Source: Glycera tridactyla
Taxonomy: Eukaryota
Assembly (NCBI GenBank): GCA_965644265.1
Contig: OZ286461.1
Location: 106,144,001-106,208,000, forward strand
Length of the DNA stretch: 64,000 nucleotides
Direction: 5' to 3'
Under the pieces are notes generated by a model that worked only from the letters and a program-made list of their open reading frames with translations, searched no databases and was not told where the DNA came from. Of this stretch, positions 17,601 through 29,069 are shown one piece after another; positions within the stretch are counted from its first letter, which is position 1, and each line of letters opens with the position of its first letter. The position numbers and the translations under genes are program-made.

Positions 17601-19480
17601 AAACCAGTATAATTCGCCATCCCTCACGTCCATTTATCTGTCTTTACAGTCGTATCCTCCAATTCGTCCTCATTATCTGGAGTAGACCACCATGAACATA
17701 TTGCTTTCCGCGAACGTGTACGTGTTGGTGATGGTATTGGTGATGGTGCTGGAGTCTGGATGGTAGTGCTTTCGGTGTTGTGTATGCTGTCGGTGTTATC
17801 ATTGGTGGTTGGTTTGGTGGTGATGACAGTGGTGGTAGTGGCCATCAAGTGGTGTGGTTATAACTAGGCAGTGTTGGTACACATGATGCCGGGCTCGTGT
17901 ATTCGACCCACACCTTGATGTATTTCAACAGTAGCACAGCATGAACTCCACCGAGTAATCTATGAGGTCAATGACGTGAGCACACCATGTGGGTGAGATC
18001 TGTAAAGCAGATGAATTGAATGAAGACGGGTGAATCAAGCATTCAGTCCATGGCCAGACTCAAGAGACGTGTAAGATACCTTGGATGAACTCTCCATCAC
18101 CTGCGAAAGCCTTTTCACCATCCAATTCAGACAGAAAACGCCCACAGTGCAGTACATATATATCATTAATTTCCCAGACGTGATCTCGTTGGGGGCTTGT
18201 TTGACAGATTGGTTGGTATCCCATATTTCATCCTTTCCTGCTTAATTACATGACTGATGAAGCATGGATCATTGGTGAAGATGTTTTCTCCTGAAATTAT
18301 TGACTTTTTCGCATGCATGTGAAATACGCATCAAACACACAGCTGGAATGAGATGATGTTTTTGATCGCACTAGAAAAACCCTGAAAAGTCGAGGGTACA
18401 AATCACCCTAATAGGAGTCATATAAGTGAGATATTACCTGTCACCTGTGTAAATTATCATGTTTCGCGATATGCCATGAAACTCTGAGGACGAAATCACG
18501 TTGTTGGAGAGAATATCGATATGATGTAGAGTGTTATGGAGAAGTCGCTACGAGACAGTTGTTATGCCTGAGGGCAAGATTAGCATTGCCTTTGTTGTCA
18601 GGATATTACATCTTCTTTGCTCTACCTAGACGTGCCGAGACAAAACGCCGCAGACTTATAATAATAACTACGCCGAGGGTGAAACCAGTCTAGTCTCATA
18701 TTCGATTTAATCGGACAGAGTAAGCGCAATACGACCAGTCCTTATCTCGACGACTGACTGTGTTTATTCGAGGCGAGGAATTATGGCACGTGGACTAACC
18801 CACCAGGAACTAGGGTCATGCTTTTCTCGATGGTGATTTTGTAACATTCAGATATTATCTGGTTCGGAGTGTCTCTATCTGCATCTTGAACCACAGCGGT
18901 TCATCCGTGTGATTCATTTATCTGACTAGCGGGAATGTTCAATGCTCGCATCTTTGCCTAAGCTCCTTAACAGTGACATATTGCTGTCTTCGGGTTGTCG
19001 CCATCTACTTGGCGTCCCAAATACCACTTTGAAAGCATACACCTCACTTGCAATAACATTTAGGCGATAGTTCCGGCGAATAGGGATGAAATTCCAAATC
19101 AGACTGATCCGTCACATCTGGGTCAAATGATGGTACGATCGCAACACGAGTCCCAGAGCAAACGCTAGATGTCACTTCTGATTCATCAGCGTCACCTGGT
19201 GACTTACAGATAGGTCACAGGCGCCGATGGTGAACATTTCATTCATCCCAAATCATAGATAAGATAGAGACAAACAGGCCTTGCAGTATTTGACTTGTTC
19301 ACGTGAATACGCCATTTTCCGAAAATTCGAAAATGGATAGACCTAGAGCTTGATCCCGAATGATGCTGATTCATCATATTTTGTAGCTGTGGCACTGATC
19401 ATACAACATCTAGAAATGCTGATATTCAATAGAGGATTCACCTAGTTTAGCCTCATTGCACCTGATACATATACATTACC

Positions 19481-19523
19481 ACACATACACACAAACACAC
19501 GCATGCACACATGCACACGCACA

Positions 19524-19562
<39 letters not shown>

Positions 19563-19572
19563 ACACACACAC
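19481..19572. repeat. (CA)n microsatellite
   Basis: Directly visible. Confidence 0.95.
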
Positions 19573-20049
19573 GCTGACCCCGGGATGGCCTCCATCCCAC
19601 CGTGTGATTGACCATTCAATCAAGAGCCTTTCAATTACAACCTGCCATCAGGGAACGGGGTCACTAACGGCAACAGCATCATGTCAGATGGGCCATCTTA
19701 ATTGGAAAGTACCCATAGCGAGTGTAGATTTCCTATGAAATTCCTTGAGATATTGTTCTACGTTTCAATTCTCGGATAACCAAATAGGGGCACTTCTGTA
19801 CGTATTGGCTGTATGCTTCTTGTAGCAGAAAGGTCGCTGCGGGATTCTGTTGACTATTGCCATTCACCTAAATTATCCTTCCGTTAAGTGCAGCTGAATC
19901 CACGCTTTCACGTTTGACCTAGATTCATACGAGTTGAACTTGATTTCCAGCTGCAACAAGTGATCATGTCCCTCAAATCCAATTACTATCTCGCTTGGAC
20001 ACCCCAAATTCATTCATCATACGGGTATCCCTTTACCTACTAACATTAT

Positions 20050-21900
20050 TACTTCCCTGCCGGATCCGGATCCGGAAAGAGGAGGGATTAATAGATGGAT
20101 AAGTTGTAGTTGAATCTGTTGATGGTCATTCACCATGATCTGCGGCCTAGGAACTGATCGAAATACCCCAACCACATAGCCACACAATTGATTGCATTAG
20201 AGTCTTCAATCTGGTCAGAAACAGGACAGTCACTTGATAATTCATTCTCGAGCATTTCATGACAAGAAACAATAATCTTCATTTGTGACAGAGCGGTTTT
20301 TCTAATTGGGGATTCCTATATATCCCTCATCTGGCCATATTGGATACGAGTCTTCTTGGAGAAGAAAGTCATTTGCATCACTCTCATGCCACATCCGGGC
20401 ACCAGATTGTAGGATTTGTGAGACCGGAACAGTGTGCTTGCAAGTTCGAAATGTATATTTGTTGGAGATGATAGGGCTGCAGATTCCCTACAATTCCCCA
20501 TGACCTGCACATATCCAGTATTGCTATAGTGGGATGGCGACCAGAAATTTGGATTCACTATACGTATACTTGACTGCAAACCAAACACGAAGATGCTCCT
20601 GCAAACTACCATCCTTTGTTCATTTAAGAAGTGTCCTTGAAATACATCAGGCTTTCGGATTCGACTTTTCGTCGTGAACCAGGGTCAGCATCGGAACACG
20701 ATCTGGGGATTGGCATTGAAGGAAAATAGGTCACTTGCGAACACGTTTGAGCCGTAGAGAATTGAAAGGAATTGCATTCAGTGTCTGTCGTGAGCAATTG
20801 GACGGTAATGGCGCCAGTTTGAATGCTATCAGGCGGGTTGCATGCGACCCCATCGTATATGTTGATGACACCTAGACAGCCCCATTAAGTCTTGGCACAG
20901 CCCAGTGAAACCCCATGCTGAAAGTGAAGCGCTTGATCGGATTCTCATCATGAAAGATGTCGTGGCTTACGGGGCTGGTTTCCTTAACAAGTTCACCTGA
21001 TTTTGAACCAGATATTAGACAGTACCCATGTCTGAACACTTACAAAAAGGGAAGTGCTCCTTCAACTAACACGCGGTACTGACAAGTAGCTTGAGGCTCC
21101 ATAGGAATCACGAAGAGTGAGGAGAATATTGAGAATATCATGAATATATCACCTGATATATTCAGGATATGATTTGCTGAGACCTTCTTCGCGGATCAAC
21201 TCGTATCGCCAGTAATCTCTCAAATCTTTGACTAGAATACACTTAAAAACACATTCTTCCGGAGAAAATAACGTGTTTGCGACTTTTCTCATATACTGTA
21301 CGTTCCTGTATGTTCTGTCCCGTTTTGTATGAAGGAGAGCACAAGTATAGATCCAGAGTTCATGGCATGATGGTAGAGCCAGGCAGGGGCCAACATCCAA
21401 GACATGGGTGAAGATGCTGCCATACACAATGCTGCACCATAGGAAAATAACAAAAATCATGAGCAACCCACCAGAGTACAAGTACTATATTTGGAATGAC
21501 GCTGGTCGTTAGGGCATATGATGGAGGTTGGTGGTGGGAGGTTAGAGACCTCCGGCAGTGTGTCATCTATTCATAGCTCTCACCCAGCCTGTTTCGGTCA
21601 CAGCTTCGCTGATTCTCTTTCTGGAGCCAGATAAAGCTTATTAGTCAGGTATGACACATTGGTACCAGCCTCAAGCCCCACTCAAGGGGGACTGGAGTAC
21701 ATAAAAACATAACACTGCTGGATAAAAATTCATCTGGTGCCTCTCTCGACCTGCTAGTCTTGACACTTGTTCTCATTGTTTTCATCTGCCTCAAAGACTT
21801 CCATCAGGGCAATGACTATCATACCCTACCTGACCGTGCCCGAACACCATTGTAATCACTTTATTTGGTTTCGTTTAGTTGACGGTTTCGACTAATCAAT
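20050..21900 (-). pseudogene. Unidentified decayed coding-like tract
   Basis: One frame from ~21040 to ~20050 (~330 codons) has about 5 stops; adjacent protein-like ORF at 21149-21481. No recognisable motif. Confidence 0.3.
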
Positions 21901-22787
21901 TTCATCTCGGCCCAGTAGCACTGAACGGCTCTGGTGAGTTCTGTTATTGCCCCATTGCTGCTATCACACGTATACTTGGGTGAGAGATCCCGATGAGGCA
22001 CAATCATCAACATGTGAGTGAATTTTGATCTCTCCATNNNNNNNNNNNNNNNNNNNNNNNNNNNNNNNNNNNNNNNNNNNNNNNNNNNNNNNNNNNNNNN
22101 NNNNNNNNNNNNNNNNNNNNNNNNNNNNNNNNNNNNNNNNNNNNNNNNNNNNNNNNNNNNNNNNNNNNNNNNNNNNNNNNNNNNNNNNNNNNNNNNNNNN
22201 NNNNNNNNNNNNNNNNNNNNNNNNNNNNNNNNNNNNNNNNNNNNNNNNNNNNNNNNNNNNNNNNNNNNNNNNNNNNNNNNNNNNNNNNNNNNNNNNNNNN
22301 NNNNNNNNNNNNNNNNNNNNNNNNNNNNNNNNNNNNNNNNNNNNNNNNNNNNNNNNNNNNNNNNNNNNNNNNNNNNNNNNNNNNNNNNNNNNNNNNNNNN
22401 NNNNNNNNNNNNNNNNNNNNNNNNNNNNNNNNNNNNNNNNNNNNNNNNNNNNNNNNNNNNNNNNNNNNNNNNNNNNNNNNNNNNNNNNNNNNNNNNNNNN
22501 NNNNNNNNNNNNNNNNNNNNNNNNNNNNGTATGTTATAGATGACAACATGTATCATGAGATCCAACAAAGAACATCAACGAACAAGTGAGTGGTCAAAGC
22601 GTTCAAGGTATGGAAACTTGTATGGACATTGTTCGATGTCCACGTGCGAACCAGGCCTTCAATTGTAGGATCTGATCTGGCTCATTGTCTTCTTTGGTAT
22701 TCTGCATGAGGGATTAGGAGAAATGATGGAATAAACTAGTGGGAAGGAGGACAGAGGAAAGACGGACAGATAAATGAATAGATAGTT

Positions 22788-22813
22788 GGATGGAGGGATG
22801 GATGGATGGATGG

Positions 22814-22877
<64 letters not shown>

Positions 22878-22879
22878 CA
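22788..22879. repeat. (GGAT)n-(GGCA)n microsatellite
   Basis: Directly visible. Confidence 0.95.
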
Positions 22880-23099
22880 CAATGACCGTNNNNNNNNNNN
22901 NNNNNNNNNNNNNNNNNNNNNNNNNNNNNNNNNNNNNNNNNNNNNNNNNNNNNNNNNNNNNNNNNNNNNNNNNNNNNNNNNNNNNNNNNNNNNNNNNNNN
23001 NNNNNNNNNNNNNNNNNNNNNNNNNNNNNNNNNNNNNNNNNNNNNNNNNNNNNNNNNNNNNNNNNNNNNNNNNNNNNNNNNNNNNNNNNNNNNNNNCAG

Positions 23100-24370
23100 C
23101 CTGGTGGTGAGCAGAAGGTGGTATCACGATCAAAATGCATGTCAGCTCTAATTGGCTTGGTTTAGTACACAGACACAGACCTGTTCTCCCCCAAGATGCT
23201 TCAACAAAGCCCGGCCATATATAACGCTGGATAACCTATATCAACACCATCGCCATCCATGCTCTGTCTATTGCTCCAGGGGATCATCCGTAATTAACTC
23301 GGCTTTCTTGTGCTGATTTCACCAAGGCTTTGATGGCACCTTACCTTCCCTGCAGCCATTCTTCTTGCCCGATTTCCTGGAGGTACGATGGTCTCAACAT
23401 GCCTGCCAATTCGATCCGTCTTTTCAATTTCGAACTCAAATCTAGCATTCCCTCGACGGAAAGGTCAAGAAGTGAACTTTTAAGAGACAAACTTCCCATC
23501 TTTGCATCCTCCTCAAACAGACTTGTTGATTGGGCCTGGATATCGCCATCAATTCCATCCCACATTTTGCCCCTCGAAAAATAAAATTTCATTGGATTAC
23601 ATGCGAAATTTGTTCATTGTCCTATCAGAGCACCGGGAGATAGATACCCTGATGGAATTTTCAAGGTCGGATCAAGCTTTGAAATGAACATTTTTATTCA
23701 GCTCCGATCTTTAGGATGATGACTTTCTCTACTATATAATAAATGATCATGTACATTCAAACACTGATTCCCTTGGGTAGGTTTGGAGTCCGGGGTCTCT
23801 ATAGATGGGAGCCAGCAAAGGGCGCGGGACATTGCTCGGAAGTGTTGCCATCGGGGATGATGTGGCCCAGGTGTAGCATCATCCCTCCTCTTCCTCTCAA
23901 TATATTACGGAGCGGGGAGTTGAATGAAAATATACCTTAGAAATTCTCTATCATCTGTCTTTAGGCATTTTTTTAACCAAAATTGCACTATCACCGATTT
24001 TTTTTGTTTCACGTCTTTCCTATTCCCTGAAACTCTTTCTTATTTCTTCAGTGAAACGGTTTACAGTTCGCTTATAGCAGATATCGTCACTTTGCAAAAC
24101 GCGGGTATCAGGCACATCAGTTCTGGGTAACTAGGACTGCAACTAGGTTATTTAGTTGTAGCACTGTACAGCAGGCATAAGGCACCAATTACTGTAAAGC
24201 TGGTTTGAAGTTGACAGTTCGTAATTGGATACATTGGTTGAATATTCTCAGAACCCAATGATTTTCCTTGCTTCCAAGCATTAACATAGTTAGATATGCC
24301 ATTGTGAAGTTCGATATGTCCTGCAAGTATACCGGTGGTCAGAGGTGTGAACCGTCATCTACTTCCACTT
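23100..24370 (-). pseudogene. Unidentified decayed coding-like tract or host exon(s)
   Basis: One frame over ~425 codons with 9 stops, including track ORF 23341-23592, which ends at a donor-like AG|GTAAGG. Confidence 0.3.
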
Positions 24371-27348
24371 GACAACCTTCAAGGCTCCCTATTATCTTGT
24401 GTTCAGGGTTTATGAGAGAGAGTGATGTCTGCAGGAGAGAGGACATCTAGCTTTCATTGACCAGTAACACATGGCATACATGATCCTGTGGGTTGATACA
24501 TGCCTCGGACGAACAAACAAACAAACTCAGTACAAACCTTCATCACAGAACATTTGGAAATCACAGAAATTTTGATCAAGAGATCCACGTCGATTGAGGA
24601 TCAAGTACAAGGGTAAATTTCGACTGAATATATCTTACTCTGTGCGGTTAATAGAAAATCTTCTTGCGAAGATAAAGTTTTATATCTCTGTGTAATGAAA
24701 AAGAGCTTTCAACCATAGGAACAATGCACATGTGATGTATCATTCGTCCATTCAATGACCTTTGACCGAGGGAAAAACTGCAGCTCACCGTTAGCACAGG
24801 GAATACCTTATGTCGAGAGTTCGTATACGAAAATCCCATAAACTTCTTCTCAACTTGATGAGAAACATTTTCTAATTTCTGTCTGCCATCTTTGCAAGTG
24901 GGGTTGGTTGAGTATATGTCAGGAAATATATGCCAACAATTTATTTTCAGGTGTGTCAGAACTTTGCATTTACATATAAGGTTAAATATGGAATGAATGC
25001 TTCACATTCACCGGACTTGTCGAAGTACTCCCGACGGGCTTCTGTCATTGATTCGAAAATGATGTCTCGGCTTTCAACCCATCATGTGACATGTCTTCGG
25101 TATGTATAGATAAACTTTGTTGTCAGAACTCACATCGACTGTCAACCATCCACTCCGATGGACTGTGATGAGATGGCACGTCCTTTCGAAACAGTTTTTA
25201 ATTGGGTAACCACGGTAGTGGTACTGTTGGTGGTCTGGCTAGTGCTGGCTGTGGTATTGGCGATGGATGGTGGTGGTGATTATGGTGATCTTTGTGTGGT
25301 TGTTTGTGTTGAGGGTGATAGTGATGGTGCTGGTGGAGGTGGTGGTGGTGGTAATGGTGCACATCAGCCTTTTCAACTGAAGTTGTCATTATCTTGCTTC
25401 GTTCACGAGACAACTTCCCTCCCTGAGCCCGTCTAACGTCGGCTGGTGTGTGGTTGGAGCATGCAAAGACCCCATAAAATGAAGTTTAATGTCGTTCTAC
25501 AGCTATATGTTCAGGTCAGTCGAATCTAAGTGCATTGGGGCTGTACTTGTACTGCATAATTGTGGTTGATGAATTGGGGACTGGGAGCTGCATCCTTGCT
25601 CACCGCCAACAGTGCTCAATGTTGAGCAATCTCAGGCGCTGTAGTCGCGTGCTCCACCATGTTGAAACTGCCTCATGTGTTCCTTCGGTGAGGAGTTGGT
25701 CATATTATCCTATGTCTTATATAATATGTGGTCTTCGTCCATCGTTGCATCTTCTTGCATTGCATGATGTTCTCGAATGCGAATGCTGTGACTGTTCTAT
25801 CTGTAATTGTGACTGTTACTAGATATCCGTACTCAAGGAGGGGAGGGGAATATGGAAATTTGACTTCCCACTTGAAGTGATTTGATTCTTCTTCAAACTC
25901 AAACAAAATGCTGGGTTACTGGGAATAATCGACGATTCTCTTCTCTCTATTCGACTCCTAGGCACGACCCACTCCATCAGAAGAATTCATTTTATCAATT
26001 TGGGATGGAATTGCAGTTTTTTTTTCTAATACTCCAATTTCTATGGTTGCCACAGCAACGGAAATCTCAGCTAAGGATGTGCATCTCTTGTCACCGATAC
26101 GTCTACACCCCCGTAAAGAAACTACAACTACAATTGAAGGGATTGCTTTCATATTTGATGGATGTCACCAGTTGTAATGTATACGAGAAACACACCAGCC
26201 CGTTCTTCCATGAATCGGTTCCTTGATGGCCTCATACATGTATTGTTATGTTCTATTATGTTTTGTTATTTATTCGTCAATAGACCCCAACTCCTAATGA
26301 TGGTATGTTCAGGGCGAAGCCATGACAGTTCCCACAAATGCTCTCATTTGATGTAATCAATATTTCGATAAATCAATTGAATCATCGATATTCTCTCTAT
26401 AAGGTATGAGTGTCTTATGGTGCATTACATGTGGTTTTGTTTGTATGCATGGCTCGAGTTCTAGACTGGTCTGTGGTTGTTTGACGCTAGTGGCTGACAG
26501 GTGACAGCTGCGATGTGACGTGGCACCATATTTGATGAGCCCGTCCATCGAGTTTTCCTCTCAGTGGATACAATTTAATTTGCCGAAACCATCACGATCG
26601 GACTCACCTATCTCTTTAGATGATGTGCAAACTCATCCTCGAGTAATTAATGATCACCAAAATATGACAATTGTTAATTGCTCATAATTAGAGCAGACTC
26701 TCCCGTTCAAAGCTGACGGGAGATTCCTTATGTTTTTTTTTATGACAAGTTGCATCTAATGGTGGGGTTATGGCACTTCTCGATAGATACTGATTAAGCG
26801 AATGGCTATATCCTACGCTAGGAAAGGAGCACCAGATGTGAAATGGCAATATACACCAGAGTATATCCAACTGTTGGCTGGTCCCATGCCAGTGTAGGAT
26901 TTACAGACATAAGAATCTGTCACGTTGCTACTCACCAGACCCAAACGTCAAATGTACTCTACTTTTTCTCGTTTTGCTTGGTTGAGGCTCGCCAGTATAA
27001 ACGCACACTACCTCACTATTTTACACGAATCCCGATCATTTCCGACACATATTATGTTGAGAATCCTTCGGTTGGGTTATGGCGAACATTTTTTCGTTTG
27101 TAGAACTGAACCTACCGGTGAATCCTGGCAAAAAAAATCGAGCTTCATTTCGGGATTTCAGATTGAAGGTATTTCAGAACTGTCAGCTACTTTTACCCGA
27201 CAACGTTTGAGGTTCCCCGCCATCTTGTGTCCAGGGTTCATGAGAGCGATGTCTGCAGGGCAGGGCAGGGAATATGGCACGCATACTCTGGGTTTATTAT
27301 GCCCCAGAATGCCGTCTGACACAATCTTCACGAAAAACTTTTTCAGCC

Positions 27349-27666
27349 ACTCTCCCATCGGGAGAGTAGAATGTTAAAATCACTCTCCCGAAAATGAATT
27401 CACTCTCCCGAATTTGCGCAAGTCCCAGTAATATATGTTTTCATGAGGTTAGTTCTGCATAATCATACCTGTGCAGGCAAATGCAAAGCCTACTCATAGG
27501 GACTAGGGATTATTGTTGGTGCAATCAAAATTTTGGTGTTCTGTCTTCACAGAAAATCCATCACTCTCACATCAACTGAAAAATTTTCACTCTCCCATCG
27601 GGAGAGAGAGTTGGAAGTTTCACTCTCCCAAAATCAAATTCACTCTCCCTGGATTCGGGAGAGTGC
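27349..27666. repeat. Cluster of CACTCTCCC motifs with hairpins; probable subterminal repeats of a non-autonomous DNA element
   Basis: Six CACTCTCCC copies in two similar blocks (27349-27410, 27588-27666). Hairpins CTCTCCC-ATC-GGGAGAG (twice) and CACTCTCCC-TGGATTC-GGGAGAGTG. Confidence 0.55.
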
Positions 27667-28985
27667 TAAATTCGAAGACTCTGATATCATCAAAATGTTG
27701 ATTGCCTTCGTGTCGATTAAGGTCCCCTCGACACCACATGGGTCATTCCGGAATGACAGATATAATACAGGATTGAGGAGACCGTCCCTTATTGAATCAG
27801 TCAACCCAAATTCATGAGCTCACGTGGCTGTCCGTTCATGTGTTAGTACAAACGAGCATCGCAGCCTGCCTTGGCCAGTAAGAATTACTCGGAATTCCGA
27901 GTAAACTAGTTTTACCTTATGCGACGCCGACTGTTTGTTGCGAAGTATAATTTGGGTGGTTTGATGTACATTTCGAGTGCATATGCTGGCGGACGCGCGT
28001 GCGCTTAGTGGTCAGTTTTTATGGAGGTGAAATGTGATCACAGCTGTCCTCGGATCGCCTCGTCCAATTAGAAGCGATGAAATGTGACCCACTCCCGTTC
28101 AACAGACAAATGGCGGCAGAGAAAGGTCACCTTCGGGTTTGATCTATTCATGTGATCGTATGCCAACACAAAGGCTTGAACGAGCCTACTATGTCAAAAG
28201 ACATGATTTGCTGAGGTCGTTCCGTATCTGGTCTACATACATTGCCCCTCCAATCATCACAGAATCAAGAGAAAGCTAAGTCGGTTTTCGTTCAGCTCAT
28301 CCCTTATCACTAATTGGTATCTGCTGGTGATACATCATATACCGCTCAGCGTCTGTGAATATCGATGGAACGTGTCTCGTCTGTCGGAATCTATAATTGT
28401 GTGAATCATTATGACTAACTGTTAAATCTCTGTTGAATATATCGACAATAATAACTCTGATAATGATAATGTACATACAGTATTTTATTATTTGTGTTAG
28501 ATATTTGAATGTCGGCATACCCCACATTTGTATATATGTATAATCTCGATAACTGTATTGATAATATAGAATGTGTTTAGTATGATCTTGATAATCGTGT
28601 TAATATAATGTAAAATGGGTTTAGTATGTATAATAGAGTAATATAAGTTCATCTGTGTGTCTTATAATATCGGTTGTTGTATATATGTTTGCATAAGCTT
28701 GTAATACGTCGTAGTCCTTATGTAGCCCCTGTTTGAAACTGTGCGATAAACTTGTTCTCATCATATCTTATCTTATATCCATGGAAGTAGCTATGCCCCT
28801 ATGTTGGCGGTCGTTGCAACTAGGATTACTAATAAGTATGATGGTAGAGTACTGCAATCACAGAATACCCTCCAATATAAAGCTTGTCCACAAAGTAACA
28901 CATTGCTCGAATACTGTCTGAGCTTAGTATTTCCCTGTTTCAGCATTATACTTTGCTCAGGATCGAAACCTTACTCTCAGACTTG

Positions 28986-29069
28986 AGTGGCAGCTCCCAG
29001 TGGCAGCTCCCAGTGGCAGCTCCCAGTGCCAGCTTTCAGTGCCAGCTCCCAGTGCCAGCTCCCTGGCAG
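28986..29069 (+). repeat. 13-bp minisatellite (AGTGGCAGCTCCC), ~6 copies
   Basis: Directly visible tandem copies with G/C and CC/TT variants. Confidence 0.9.

Noticed and set aside
20848-20880. IVYVDDT on the plus strand resembling an RT active site
   Set aside because: No upstream PQG/PMG or D..AF motifs, and the frame is closed on both sides.
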